DNA from: Tepidisphaera sp.
GTDB taxonomy: Bacteria; Planctomycetota; Phycisphaerae; Phycisphaerales; UBA1924
Length of the DNA stretch: 64,000 nucleotides
Direction: 5' to 3'
Assembly: GCA_050916045.1 (NCBI GenBank)
Contig: CP051526.1
Coordinates: forward strand, 1,888,001 to 1,952,000
This document shows positions 46,297 to 56,809 of this stretch, one piece after another; positions within the stretch are counted from its first letter, which is position 1; each line of letters begins with the position of its first letter. The notes under the pieces were generated by a model. It was not told where the DNA came from. It made no database searches and saw only the letters and a program-made list of their open reading frames with translations. The translations under genes and the position numbers were made by a program.

Positions 46297-47481
46297 ATGT
46301 CGAACGACCATGAGCGTGTGGACCGAGTCGCCCGGGCCAGGCTGTGGGCGGGGTATCCGAACCGGAACATGACGCTTTACCACCGCACGGGTTTTCTCGT
46401 GGGGGATGCGTGCTCGCTGGTGGAGGTGCCGGGCAAGGGTTCGACGCTGATTATTCGGGACATCGAAGCGGCGCGGGCTCGGAAACATGCACGGGCGGAT
46501 CGGGTGGTGTCGCCGGCGGACCTGGTGACGGCGGCGGAGTTGTCGGCGGATCGGGAGACGCAGTTTGCGCAGGCGACGGCGGCGTTCCTGGTGCGCGAGG
46601 GTGTGCGGGAGGTTGTGGGGGATCGGACGGTGCCGCTTTCGTTTGTGGATGCGATCCGGCGGGCCGGGGTGGAGGTTGTGTACGACGCGGGGATGGGCGT
46701 GGAGGAGCGGAGGCGGAAGACGGCGGCGGAGGTTGAGCACATCCGGGCGGCACAGGCGGTGACGGAAGCGGTGATGGAGAAAGCGTGCCGGATGATCGCG
46801 CGAGCGACGGCGCGGGCTGATGGGGTGCTTGCTGATGGGGAGGGCGTGCTGACGGCCGAGCGGGTGCGGAGCATGATCGCGGTGGACCTGATGCGGGCGG
46901 GGTATGACGCGCCGCCGAGCATCGTGGCGTGCGGCGCGTTGGGGGCGGATTGTCACGAGCACGGGCACGGCGAGCTTCGCACGGGTGAGCCGGTGATCGT
47001 CGATGTCTTTCCGAAGAGCAAGTCGCACCAGTATCAGGGCGACTGCACGCGGACGGTGGTGCACGGGACGCCGACGGCGGAGCTGGTCCGGATGCACGCG
47101 GCGGTCGTCGAGGCGAAAGCAGCGGCGGTCGCGGCGATGCGGGCCGGGGTCCGGTGCGGGGATGTGCATGCGGCGACGATGGGGGTGCTCAGGGCGCGGG
47201 GGTATTCGCGGGCGATTCCGGGGCCGGACGCGCCGGCGGAGTTCGTCAGTGCGCAGCACGGGACGGGGCACGGGCTGGGGCTTGATGGTCATGAGCCGCC
47301 GCTTGTGGATGGGGAGGCGGGGATGGGTCCGGCGCTGGTGGCCGGTGATGTGGTGACGGCGGAACCGGGCTTGTACAGCGTGAAGTTTGGCGGGGTGCGC
47401 GTGGAGGATGTGTATCTCGTGATGGAGACGGGGAGCGAGAATCTCGGGCGCGGGTTGCCGGAGGGTCTGGATTGGCGGTGA
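46297..47481 (+). CDS. Xaa-Pro peptidase (M24 family)
   Basis: VDVFP, YQGDCTRT, HGTGHGLGLDGHEPP, TAEPGLY, GVRVED. Confidence 0.93.
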   Translation: MSNDHERVDRVARARLWAGYPNRNMTLYHRTGFLVGDACSLVEVPGKGSTLIIRDIEAARARKHARADRVVSPADLVTAAELSADRETQFAQATAAFLVREGVREVVGDRTVPLSFVDAIRRAGVEVVYDAGMGVEERRRKTAAEVEHIRAAQAVTEAVMEKACRMIARATARADGVLADGEGVLTAERVRSMIAVDLMRAGYDAPPSIVACGALGADCHEHGHGELRTGEPVIVDVFPKSKSHQYQGDCTRTVVHGTPTAELVRMHAAVVEAKAAAVAAMRAGVRCGDVHAATMGVLRARGYSRAIPGPDAPAEFVSAQHGTGHGLGLDGHEPPLVDGEAGMGPALVAGDVVTAEPGLYSVKFGGVRVEDVYLVMETGSENLGRGLPEGLDWR

Positions 47482-47566
47482 GCGGCGGGGAAGCGAGGGG
47501 GGAGAGCGGGCAGATTGGGCGGGCGGAAGTTTCGACCACAGGCGGCACACCGGCTAAGGTTGTGCG

Positions 47567-47959
47567 ATGTTCAGGCACGTTCTTCACAGCAAGATCCATT
47601 TCGCGAAGGTGACCGCGGCGTATCCGTCGTACGTGGGGTCGATCACGATCGACGAGAACCTTCTGGCGGCGTGCGGGATGCGCGTCAACGACCATGTTCA
47701 CGTCGCGAACGCGCGGACGGGGGCGCGGATCGAGACGTACGTGTTTCTCGGGGAGCCGGGCTCGGGGAAGATCGAGCTCAACGGGGCGGCGGCGCTGCAC
47801 TTTGAGGTCGGGGATGACGTCATCATCATGCACTACGCGGCGATGACGGACGAGGAGTACGCGAAGCACCATCCGAAGGTGGTGATCGCGGGGCCGGGGA
47901 ACACGGTGGGGCAGATGGTCCGGTACGAGCCGAATGATCCATCGAAGCGGCGAGGGTGA
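47567..47959 (+). CDS. panD: Aspartate 1-decarboxylase
   Basis: SKIH, YVGSITID (Gly-Ser self-cleavage site), RIETY, NGAAA. Confidence 0.96.
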   Translation: MFRHVLHSKIHFAKVTAAYPSYVGSITIDENLLAACGMRVNDHVHVANARTGARIETYVFLGEPGSGKIELNGAAALHFEVGDDVIIMHYAAMTDEEYAKHHPKVVIAGPGNTVGQMVRYEPNDPSKRRG

Positions 47960-48001
47960 AGGGGCTTTAACGGGGCATGGCGGGGCGAATGAAGGCCGAG
48001 C

Positions 48002-49420
48002 GTGAAGAATCCGACCGCCCAACTCCTTGAGCCTGAGATTCGCGAGCTGATCCGCGAAGGGCTTTTCACGGAGCTGCGCGAGGCGCTGAACATGGTGCCG
48101 GCGGCGGACGTCGCGGAGATTCTGCAGGAGCTTGATCCGCGGGAGGCGGCGGTGGGGTTCCGGTTCATGCACCGGGATGCGGCGGCGGAGGCGTTCGCGT
48201 ATCTGGCGCCGGAAAACCAGGAGGCGCTGATCGGGGCGCTGGGCGCGGAAGCGGCCGTGAAGATGGTCGAGGCGATGAACGTCGACGACCGGGCGAAGCT
48301 GCTGGATGAGCTTCCGGAGGCGGTTGCGCAGCGTCTGATCGGGAGCTTGACGCCGGAGACGAGGCGCGAGACGCAGGCGATTCTGGGTTATCCGCCGCGG
48401 AGCGTGGGGCGTCTGATGACGCCGGATTATGTGCGGGTGAAAGCGGACTGGACGGTGGGGCAGGCGCTGGACCATATTCGTCGGTACGGGCGGGATGCCG
48501 AAACGATCAACGTGGTGTATGTGGTGGATGACGCGGGACGGCTGGTGGATGACCTGCGGCTGAGGCAGGTGCTGCTTGCGAACCCGGACGAGCCGCTTGA
48601 ATCGATCATGAACCGGCAGTTCGTGAGCTTGCGGGCGGATCAGCCTCAGGAGGAGGCGGTGGACCTGCTGCAGCGGTATGACCGGGTGGCGCTGCCGGTG
48701 ATGGACTCGCGCGGAGTGCTGCTTGGGATCGTGACGCACGACGACGTGGCGGACGTGGCGCAGCAGGAAGCGACGGAGGACATGCAGAAGATCGGCGGCG
48801 TGCAGGCTCTGGAAGAGCCGTTCATGTCGTCGAGCATCGGGTCGCTGGTGAAGAAGCGGCTGCCGTGGCTTGCGCTGCTTTTCATGAGCGAGCTTTTGAC
48901 GAGCAACGCGATCTCGTTCTTTGAGGATGAGGTGAAGCGGGCGGCGATTCTGGCGGCGTTTGTTCCGGCGATCATCAGTTCGGGCGGGAACAGCGGGTCG
49001 CAGTCGAGCACGCTTGTGATCCGTGCGCTGGGGCTGAAGGAGATTCAGCTTTCGGACTGGCTTCGGGTGCTGTTGCGGGAGATCGCGGTGGCGAGCATCC
49101 TGGGGCTTGTGATCGGGTCGATCGGTCTGTTTCGGATCCATCTGTTCGGGTGGGCGGGGTGGTTCAAGGATGCGGAGGTTCGGGAGCACTATTCGATCCT
49201 CGGCGTGACGATCGCGGTGACGCTTTTCGGGGTGGTGCTTTGGGGGAGCGTGATGGGAGCGATGCTTCCGTTCCTGCTGAAGAAGTGCAAGCTTGACCCT
49301 GCGGCGAGCAGCACGCCGTTTGTGGCGACGCTTGTGGACGTGACGGGGATTGTGCTTTACTTCTCGACGGCGATTTTGATCCTGCGGTCGACGCTTTTGA
49401 GCCCCGGGTCGCCTTCCTGA
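48002..49420 (+). CDS. mgtE: Magnesium transporter MgtE
   Basis: N domain, CBS pair, KKRLPWL, GGNSGSQ, DPAASSTPFVATLVDVTG. Confidence 0.96.
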   Translation: MKNPTAQLLEPEIRELIREGLFTELREALNMVPAADVAEILQELDPREAAVGFRFMHRDAAAEAFAYLAPENQEALIGALGAEAAVKMVEAMNVDDRAKLLDELPEAVAQRLIGSLTPETRRETQAILGYPPRSVGRLMTPDYVRVKADWTVGQALDHIRRYGRDAETINVVYVVDDAGRLVDDLRLRQVLLANPDEPLESIMNRQFVSLRADQPQEEAVDLLQRYDRVALPVMDSRGVLLGIVTHDDVADVAQQEATEDMQKIGGVQALEEPFMSSSIGSLVKKRLPWLALLFMSELLTSNAISFFEDEVKRAAILAAFVPAIISSGGNSGSQSSTLVIRALGLKEIQLSDWLRVLLREIAVASILGLVIGSIGLFRIHLFGWAGWFKDAEVREHYSILGVTIAVTLFGVVLWGSVMGAMLPFLLKKCKLDPAASSTPFVATLVDVTGIVLYFSTAILILRSTLLSPGSPS

Positions 49421-49512
49421 GGGTGGGCGTGTAACCGTGCGACGGGAGCAGCATCGGAAGTGGTGAGCGGGCGGCGTCCGTCCGCCTGAAGGCCGGTTTC
49501 TACCATCGATTC

Positions 49513-50151
49513 GTGGTGCCCATGGTTCCAGGACGAGACGACTCGGGACAAGTGAGCGGCTTGATTGATGAGCCGGCGTTTCTGGCCCGGCTTCGGGCCG
49601 GGGATGCTGCTGCGTTTGAGCGGCTGGTGCGGGAATCGGGCGGGCGGCTCTTGGCGGTGACGCGGCGGATGCTGCGTCAGGAGGAGAGTGCGCAGGACGC
49701 GGTGCAGGAGGCTTTTCTTTCGGCGTTCAAGTCGATCGGGCGGTTTTCGGGGGATTCGAAGGTCACGACGTGGCTTCATCGGATCCTGGTGAATGTGTGC
49801 CTGATGAAGATCAGGTCGCAGAGTCGGCGGCCTGAGCGATCGATCGAAGCGATGCTGCCGGCGTTTGCGGAGGACGGTCACTTTGCGGCGGCGCCGACGG
49901 CGTGGGGCGGGGTGACGGCGGAGGATCGGGGTGACGAGGTGCGATCGGCGATGGCGGAGTTGCCCGAGCCGTATCGGGAGGTGTTGGTGCTGCGGGATGT
50001 TGCGGAGCTTGACACTGCGCAGACAGCGGCGTTTCTGGCCGTGTCGGAGAACAACGTCAAGACTCGGCTGCATAGGGCGCGGATCGCGCTTCGGGAGTTG
50101 ATCGACGAGCGGCTCGGCGGGACCGGGTCCGGGAAGGAGCGTCGCGAGTGA
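49513..50151 (+). CDS. ECF sigma factor
   Basis: AQDAVQEAFL, TWLHRILVN, LPEPYREVLVLRD, VKTRLHRAR; start uncertain. Confidence 0.93.
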   Translation: MVPMVPGRDDSGQVSGLIDEPAFLARLRAGDAAAFERLVRESGGRLLAVTRRMLRQEESAQDAVQEAFLSAFKSIGRFSGDSKVTTWLHRILVNVCLMKIRSQSRRPERSIEAMLPAFAEDGHFAAAPTAWGGVTAEDRGDEVRSAMAELPEPYREVLVLRDVAELDTAQTAAFLAVSENNVKTRLHRARIALRELIDERLGGTGSGKERRE

Positions 50152-50456
50152 TCATGGGTTCAATCAAATCGATGTGGAACCGGCTGCTCGGGCGTCGGGA
50201 TCTGACGTGCCGGGACGCGACGGACTTTCTGACGGCGTACGTCGACAACGAGCTTCAGGGGTCGGTGCGGCTGGCGTTTGACCGGCACCTGGCGGAGTGC
50301 TCGTGGTGCCGGACGTATCTCGAGACATACAAGCAGACGGTGGAGATGGGCAAGTCGGCGTGTCGGTGCCACCAGTCGGAGGCGACGACGGAGATGCCCG
50401 ACGAACTGGTGCGGGCGATCCTGGCGGCGACGCGGAAGAGCGAAGAGAAGGCGTGA
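50148..50456 (+). CDS. Zinc-binding anti-sigma factor (zf-HC2/ZAS), soluble
   Basis: LTCRD..YVDNEL..HLAECSWC (HxxxCxxC); overlaps the sigma stop codon. Confidence 0.9.
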   Translation: MIMGSIKSMWNRLLGRRDLTCRDATDFLTAYVDNELQGSVRLAFDRHLAECSWCRTYLETYKQTVEMGKSACRCHQSEATTEMPDELVRAILAATRKSEEKA

Positions 50457-50569
50457 TCGCCGAAAGCGAAAGACCCGGGTCCCTTGGGGCTCATCGCGAG
50501 CGAAGGAGATCCCGGGGCGATCAGGTGTGCAGGGGATGGAGGGGGCGGCTTGCCCGGGCTTATCTGGGC

Positions 50570-51391
50570 TTACTTCGGCTTGCCGGCGTGCTTGACGGTG
50601 ATGCCGCCGTTGGAAGTGCTGAGGGAGGATCCTTGGCCGCTGGGCTCGAAGGTGACGGTGCCGGAGGTCTTCTTGATGTCGGTCTTGGCTCCGCCGGAGC
50701 TTTCGACGGTGACGCGGCCGTTGCTTGTGGAGAGGGTGAGGACACCGGCGAAAGTGGAGGGGGCGTCGAGCTCGATGGCGCCGTTGCTTGTCTTCGCGGT
50801 GAGCGGGCCGGTTGCGCCTTCGACAAAGTGGATGGTGATGCGGCCGTTGCTGGTCTTGGCGGTGACGGGCCCGTTGAGTTCCTTGGCTTCGATCGCGCCG
50901 TTGGAAGACTTCATCGAGAGCGAGCCCGTGTGTCCGTTGACGGTGACGCGGCCGTTGCTGGTTTCGACGGAGGCGTCGGTGGAGAAGCCGGAGATTTCGA
51001 TGGCGCCGTTGCTGGTGTCGATGGTGAGGCCGGCGGGCGCGGGGAGTGAGATTTCGAAGGAGCAGCGTTCGTTGCTGAGGGCTTTGCCCTCGGGCCAGAG
51101 GGGCTCGATCACGAAGGCGTCGCCGACGACCTCGGCTTTGATGGAGAAGGCGTCCCGGCGTTCGGCGGTCTGAAGGGCGGACTCGGCTTTGATCTCGAGT
51201 TTGTCGGACTGGGAGCGGGTAACGCGAACGGAACCGTTTCCAGTCGAGATCCGGACGGGTTTGGGGGCGTCCATGGTGGCCGTGGCCGCGACGGAGCGTT
51301 CAAACTTCGCCTGGCTGATGTTCAGGCAGCCGCCCGCGCAAAGAGCGAGAACCACCGGAACAGCAAGAAACAGCGAAAACCTCTTGTTCAT
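50570..51391 (-). CDS. DUF4097 beta-repeat (adhesin-like) lipoprotein
   Basis: Lipobox-like AGGC; repeated TSNGAI/TSNGRV units; CAGGAG RBS. Confidence 0.88.
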   Translation of the reverse strand: MNKRFSLFLAVPVVLALCAGGCLNISQAKFERSVAATATMDAPKPVRISTGNGSVRVTRSQSDKLEIKAESALQTAERRDAFSIKAEVVGDAFVIEPLWPEGKALSNERCSFEISLPAPAGLTIDTSNGAIEISGFSTDASVETSNGRVTVNGHTGSLSMKSSNGAIEAKELNGPVTAKTSNGRITIHFVEGATGPLTAKTSNGAIELDAPSTFAGVLTLSTSNGRVTVESSGGAKTDIKKTSGTVTFEPSGQGSSLSTSNGGITVKHAGKPK

Positions 51392-51496
51392 GTCGTACTC
51401 CTGTGGGATGATTCGGGAACTCGCGGGGCCACTTTCATATTCTTCGGCACCGCACGCGCCAACCACGCGTACGGCTTTGCTGCGACACGGAACACT

Positions 51497-53680
51497 ATGC
51501 CCCGAACCTCGATTTCAAGCCGGAACGGTTCTTCCCGAGTCACCCCGCGGTGGCGGTACGCGACGGGCGCAGCCCTTCGATTCGAGCGGGGGTTACCCCC
51601 GGGGGTTTCCGTGGCTCGATTCCGCGACCCGCGTCACGCGGAGAGCCCGCTGGTCCCCTTCCCCGCGTACGAAACGCAGCCGGTCGAAGCGTCCGGCACG
51701 GTCGCGGCGGGCGTCAAGCCTGGGTTTGCGGATGTCGGCGGGGCTCGCCACGTTCGGGTCGCGATTGATCGCGGGACCTCGCTGTACGGGACGGGTGAGC
51801 AGGCGGGGCCGCTTTTGCGGAACGGGACGCGCAAGACCTGCTGGAATTCCGACGCGTTCGGGTACGACGACAAGACACGCTCGCTGTACCAGAGCCATCC
51901 CTGGGTGCTCGCGGTGCGGGCGGACGGGACGGCGTACGGCGTGCTTTGCGAGACGACCTGGCGGTGCGTGCTCGACTGCGCGAAGAGCGATCCTCGGGCG
52001 ATCGTGTTTGAAGCCGACGGTCCTTCGCCGGCGGTGACGATCGTGGAGGGGCCGGACGCGGCGGCGGTGGTCTCGGCGCTTGCGATGATGACGGGCACGA
52101 TGCCGATGCCGCCGATCTGGGCGCTCGGGTATCAGCAGAGCCGGTGGAGCTATGAGCCGCAGCAGCGCGTGACCGAGCTTGCGCGTGAGTTCAGGGCGCG
52201 GAAAATGCCGTGCGATGTCATCTGGCTTGACATTGATTACATGGACCGGTTCCGCTGCTTTACGTTTGACGCGGAGAAGTTCCCGGATCCCGCGGGCTTG
52301 AACGCCGAGCTTCACTCGATGGGTTTCAAAGCGGTGTGGATGATCGACCCGGGTCTTGCCGTTGATCCGGAGTATTCGGTGTACAAGCGTGGGCACGAAG
52401 CGGAGCACTTCGTGCGGACGGCTCGGGCGGAGACGGCGCCGACGAGCGTGCTCAACGACGAGACGGCCAAGCGGTGGGGGCTTTCGACGCAGCCGGCGCG
52501 GAACATCGCGGGCGGGGAGTTCCAGGGGCGGGTCTGGCCCGGGCCGTGCGCGTTCCCGGATTTCACGAGAGCTTCGGTGCGTTCGTGGTGGGCGGGCTTG
52601 TACCGCGATTACATGGCCAGGGGGATCGACGGCGTCTGGAACGATATGAACGAGCCGGCGGTCTTTGACGGGCCGGCCAAGACGATTCCGGAGCACTGTG
52701 TTCACGACGCGGACGCGGAGCTTGGCGGGCCGGGCCCGCACGCGAAGTACCACAATCTCTACGGGATGCAGATGGTGCGGGCGACGCGGGAGGGGATCGT
52801 GGCGGCGAACCCGGCCAAGCGGCCGTTCGTGCTGACGCGGGCGAGCTTTCTGGGTGGTCAGCGGTACGCGGCGACGTGGACGGGGGACAATTCCGGGACG
52901 ATCGGGCATCTGCGGTGGTCGGTCTCGATGGTGCTGAACCTCGGGCTTTCGGGCCAGCCGTTCAGCGGGCCGGACATCGGCGGGTTCGCGGGCGATGTGG
53001 ACGGGCCGACGTTCGCGCGGTGGATGGGGATCGGGGCGTTGCTGCCGTTCGCGCGTGCTCACAAGGTCAAGGATGCGGTACCGCACGAGCCGTGGTCGTT
53101 CGGGGCGGAGGTCGAAGAGAGCTGCCGCCTTGCGCTCGTGCGTCGGTACCGGCTGCTTCCGTACCTGTACACGCTGTTTGATGAAGCATCGCGGACGGGG
53201 ATGCCGATCTGTCGTCCGGTGTGGTTTGCGGATCCGTCGGACGTGCGGCTTCGCGCGGTGGACAACGCTTTCCTTCTGGGGCCGGATCTGCTGGTGGTCT
53301 GCCCGATCGACGGGCCTGGCGATGCGGGCGCGGCGGTCACGATGCCTCGGGGGGACTGGCGTGAGATCGATATCACGTCCGAGGGCGTGGTGTCGGGCCG
53401 GTCGGGGGACCAGTGGCTGCCGAGGCTTTTCGTTCGCGGCGGCGCGATCATCCCGGTGGGGCCGAGCGTGCTTCACACGGGCGAAGCGGAGGGCCGCAGG
53501 CTGACGCTGGTTGCGGCGATGGACGCGGCGGGCAACGCGAGCGGGAATCTGTACCAGGATGCGGGTGAGGGGTACGGGTACCAGCGGCAGGAGTTCAAGC
53601 GTCGCGTCATCGCGTGCCGCGCGGGCGAGCTTGAGAGCTCGCTTCGGGACGAGTTCGATCTCGTCACGATCTCGGCGTAG
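51497..53680 (+). CDS. Glycoside hydrolase family 31 (alpha-glucosidase)
   Basis: YQQSRWSY, WLDIDYM, GVWNDMNEP (nucleophile), WTGDN, GPDIGGF. Confidence 0.95.
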   Translation: MPRTSISSRNGSSRVTPRWRYATGAALRFERGLPPGVSVARFRDPRHAESPLVPFPAYETQPVEASGTVAAGVKPGFADVGGARHVRVAIDRGTSLYGTGEQAGPLLRNGTRKTCWNSDAFGYDDKTRSLYQSHPWVLAVRADGTAYGVLCETTWRCVLDCAKSDPRAIVFEADGPSPAVTIVEGPDAAAVVSALAMMTGTMPMPPIWALGYQQSRWSYEPQQRVTELAREFRARKMPCDVIWLDIDYMDRFRCFTFDAEKFPDPAGLNAELHSMGFKAVWMIDPGLAVDPEYSVYKRGHEAEHFVRTARAETAPTSVLNDETAKRWGLSTQPARNIAGGEFQGRVWPGPCAFPDFTRASVRSWWAGLYRDYMARGIDGVWNDMNEPAVFDGPAKTIPEHCVHDADAELGGPGPHAKYHNLYGMQMVRATREGIVAANPAKRPFVLTRASFLGGQRYAATWTGDNSGTIGHLRWSVSMVLNLGLSGQPFSGPDIGGFAGDVDGPTFARWMGIGALLPFARAHKVKDAVPHEPWSFGAEVEESCRLALVRRYRLLPYLYTLFDEASRTGMPICRPVWFADPSDVRLRAVDNAFLLGPDLLVVCPIDGPGDAGAAVTMPRGDWREIDITSEGVVSGRSGDQWLPRLFVRGGAIIPVGPSVLHTGEAEGRRLTLVAAMDAAGNASGNLYQDAGEGYGYQRQEFKRRVIACRAGELESSLRDEFDLVTISA

Positions 53681-53770
53681 GTCACCATGCACCCATCACG
53701 GGCGTGAACGCGGCGTCTCTCGGGGTTGAGAGATGGCTCGCGAGGCTGATCATGCGCCGCGGCGGGGACT

Positions 53771-55873
53771 TCAGCCGCCTGCGGCTTCCTTTTCGCCCGC
53801 TCGCTTGAAGCTGAGTGAGGACTTCAGGGCTTCGAGGGTGAAGGGGGATCGGCTGATCCAGTCGTCGAACCTGCCGAGTTCGTTCTGCCTCGCGGTGTTG
53901 AGGATGTTCGTGTCGAGCATGCGGACACGTTCGACGGTGACGGGCGAGACCCTCTCGATGCGGGCGACGACGGCGGAAAGCGAGCCGGGGAGCGGCATCC
54001 AGACGGTGCGGTCGGGGGTGGGCTGACCGGTGATCGGGGCTCGGGCGTCGAGCGCGGAAGCTTTGGCCGCGACGGCTTCGCGGAAAGCGGGGACGTCGAG
54101 CGGGGTGAGGTCTGCGCCGGAGAAGCCGCCGCTTCGGATGCTGTCGGTGGAGACCAGGAGATTGCGCTGGATCTCGACGGGAGCGGTCTGGGTCACGGAG
54201 ACGGTGGCGGAGTCGGCGAGGTTGAAGACGCTGGTGGCGGCTTCGAGGCCTCCGGTGAGGGAGGCGGCGCCGGCTTTTTCGATCTCTTCCTTGAGGAGTT
54301 CGAAGGCGCGGATGCGTTTGATGTCGGTGACGACCTGGGTGCGGACCTCGTCGAGGGATTCGGGCTCGCCGGCGGGTCGAGCGGCGGTGAAACGGAAGTA
54401 GTAGTGGTTTCCGGTGCGGTCGGAAACGGTGCGGTCAAAGACGGGAATGACGCCGACCTGGACGGGGAGGGTGCTCGTGCCTCCGGGCAGTTCGCGGACG
54501 CTCATGGCGAGGGTGTCGAAGGGGATGGAGCGGCTTCCGTCGGCGATGGCGGCGGCGCCGATGCCGGAAAGGGCGCGCACGGCGGCGATGTCGAGCCAGG
54601 CGGTCTCGGGGTTGACGATGGGGGTTTCGATCTCGACGGGCGACTGCCAGCGTTCGTAGTCGTCCGGGGTGGAGGTCTCGGACTTGACGGCGGCGGCGAG
54701 CTCGGCGGCGAGCTTGTCCATGGGGAGGGAGGATTCGCGCCAGTTGGCGGGAAGGGCGCGGTACTTGCCATCGGCGGCGAGGGCGCGGGTGGCTTCACCG
54801 GCGAGTTCGCGGAAGCGGATGTCGGCGAGCTTGATGATCTCTTCGGCGTACTCGTTGCGGAGGCTTTGCTCGAAGTCGGCGCGTTTTTCGTTGAAAGCGG
54901 CGGTGGTTCCGCTGGGGTTCTGGCGGTCCCAGCGTTCGCGGACGTGGGCCGGGAGAAGCTTGATGACGGAAGCGACCTTGGCTTTGTTGATCTCGACCCA
55001 TTCGAGCTTGACGCGGTCGGGCTTGCGGTAGCCGATGCCGAACTCACCGGTGCCGCTGGCGACGTTCTTGTACTTTTCGTAGTGGGCGACGACCTCTTCG
55101 GGCGTGGGATCGGGGACGCGGCTTGCGAGGCGTTCGGCGCCGACGAGGACGTAGTCGACGCCGGAGCTTTCGCCGAAGCGGCGGGCGGTGGCGATGACGC
55201 GGCGGTCGGACATGCGGGCGGTGCCGATGTAGTTTTCGTACATGCGGACGATTCCGCGATAGACGGCGAGGGCCTGCTCCATCTGGTCCTCGCGCAGGCC
55301 GGAGGCTCGCATGATCTCCTCGCGGAGCGCGGGGAGGGACTGCGTGCGTGCTGCGTCGAAGTAGAGCTGGCGGGCGGTCTCACGTTTGGCGAGCTCTTCG
55401 GCGGGGACGCCGACGGGGCTCTGGAAGGACATCATGAAGTCCATCGCGCGGGTGGAAGCGGCACCGCCGGACTCCATGTCACGCATGGCGATCTTGGCGG
55501 CGAGCACGTCGAGGGTGCGCTCGAAGATCTCGTCGGCGTCGGCTTTCCCGCCGATGAGGCCCTGTCGCTGGGCGAGTTCGGAGAGGAGGAAGAAGTGCTC
55601 GGATGATTCACAGCCGAACTGTGCGAGGGGCGTGATGACGGGGGGCTGCCCGGGGATGAAGGTGCGTTCGACGAGCGTGTTGATGGCTCGGTACTGGAAG
55701 GTGGCGGTGTCCCACTCCTTGCCGCGGACCTTTCGGCCGTCCATCGTGGCTTCCACGCGGCGTTCGGGATTGGACATGCGGGAGAGGCCGTCTGGGAGGA
55801 GCCACGCCACCATGAGGAGCGTGCCGCCGCCGACCATGATCCACTTCTGGTTTCTCTTAATGAACTTGTTCAT
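53771..55873 (-). CDS. SurA/PpiD-like membrane-anchored periplasmic chaperone
   Basis: MNKFIKRNQKWIM + transmembrane helix; PTPEEVVAHYEKYK..YRKPDRVKLEWV and SLDEVRTQV motifs typical of PpiD/SurA_N proteins. Confidence 0.7.
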   Translation of the reverse strand: MNKFIKRNQKWIMVGGGTLLMVAWLLPDGLSRMSNPERRVEATMDGRKVRGKEWDTATFQYRAINTLVERTFIPGQPPVITPLAQFGCESSEHFFLLSELAQRQGLIGGKADADEIFERTLDVLAAKIAMRDMESGGAASTRAMDFMMSFQSPVGVPAEELAKRETARQLYFDAARTQSLPALREEIMRASGLREDQMEQALAVYRGIVRMYENYIGTARMSDRRVIATARRFGESSGVDYVLVGAERLASRVPDPTPEEVVAHYEKYKNVASGTGEFGIGYRKPDRVKLEWVEINKAKVASVIKLLPAHVRERWDRQNPSGTTAAFNEKRADFEQSLRNEYAEEIIKLADIRFRELAGEATRALAADGKYRALPANWRESSLPMDKLAAELAAAVKSETSTPDDYERWQSPVEIETPIVNPETAWLDIAAVRALSGIGAAAIADGSRSIPFDTLAMSVRELPGGTSTLPVQVGVIPVFDRTVSDRTGNHYYFRFTAARPAGEPESLDEVRTQVVTDIKRIRAFELLKEEIEKAGAASLTGGLEAATSVFNLADSATVSVTQTAPVEIQRNLLVSTDSIRSGGFSGADLTPLDVPAFREAVAAKASALDARAPITGQPTPDRTVWMPLPGSLSAVVARIERVSPVTVERVRMLDTNILNTARQNELGRFDDWISRSPFTLEALKSSLSFKRAGEKEAAGG

Positions 55874-56009
55874 CGCGATCCTCGCGGCGTCAAAGCCCGC
55901 CACCGTGCTTGCGAAAGGCGGATTGTAGACAAACGCCCGGGATGAGCCCGCGAGCCCGCAGAGGGCGTGCGTGCTCATCCCGGGCGCGGGATGGTCAACT
56001 GGGAATCAC

Positions 56010-56609
56010 TTAGCGGTAGAACTCGACGATCAGGTTCGGGTTACACTCGAAGGGGATCTGATCGGTCGTGGGCGTGCCGACGATGCGGACGCTGAACTCG
56101 GAGGGGTTCATCTCGAGCCAGTCGGCGATCTCGTGGCCGGGGAGGCTTTCGAGGCTGTCCTTGGCGAGCTTCTGCGACTTCTCGCGGACGGTGATGACGT
56201 CACCGACCTCGACGCGGGTGCTGGGGCGGTCGGCTTTGTGGCCGTTGACCTTCACGTGGCCGTGGACGACGAGCTGGCGAGCGGCCCAGATCGTGCGGGC
56301 GAGGCCGGCGCGGCGGACGACGTTGTCCAAGCGGCGCTCGAGGAGCTGGAGGAGCACGTCGCCGGTGTTGCCCGGGCGGCGGCCGGCTTCAGCGAGCATC
56401 CGGCGGAACTGGGCTTCCTGGACGCAGTAGTGGTACTTGACCTTCTGCTTCTCGTTGAGACGGATGCCGTAAGCGCGGAGGCGGCGGCCGCGGAAGCCGT
56501 GCATGCCCGGGAAGACGAGCGAGCGCTTGCTGGTGTGCTTGGGGTTGTCGGCGATGGGAACGCCGACACGACGCGAGAGCTTGAGTTTGGGACCGGTGTA
56601 ACGAGCCAT
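56010..56609 (-). CDS. rpsD: 30S ribosomal protein S4
   Basis: MARYTGPK, EKQK, LLERRLDNVVRRAG..ARQLVVHGHVKVNG, IVEFY. Confidence 0.97.
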   Translation of the reverse strand: MARYTGPKLKLSRRVGVPIADNPKHTSKRSLVFPGMHGFRGRRLRAYGIRLNEKQKVKYHYCVQEAQFRRMLAEAGRRPGNTGDVLLQLLERRLDNVVRRAGLARTIWAARQLVVHGHVKVNGHKADRPSTRVEVGDVITVREKSQKLAKDSLESLPGHEIADWLEMNPSEFSVRIVGTPTTDQIPFECNPNLIVEFYR

Positions 56610-56635
56610 GAAATTCTCCGTCTCTTGGACTCTTG

Positions 56636-56664
56636 TGAGACCCGGTTCGGAGAACCGCGCCACC
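56636..56664 (-). repeat. REP-like hairpin in the rpsD leader
   Basis: Minus strand GGTGGCGCGGTTCTCCGAACCGGGTCTCA vs 19530 GGTGGCCCGGCTCTCCGAGCCGGGTCTCA (26/29 identical). Confidence 0.7.
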
Positions 56665-56809
56665 AGAGAGCCCAAGGTGTCGGCTTTTCGCCGACGATCA
56701 GGCCGGTGGACCGAGACTTCGGGCCGGCGGGGTGATCCGGTCCCCAACCACCGCACAGCGCGGGGGATGGGGCCTAGGGGGGTAATCAAAGGCAGGGTGA
56801 TGGTCGGGG

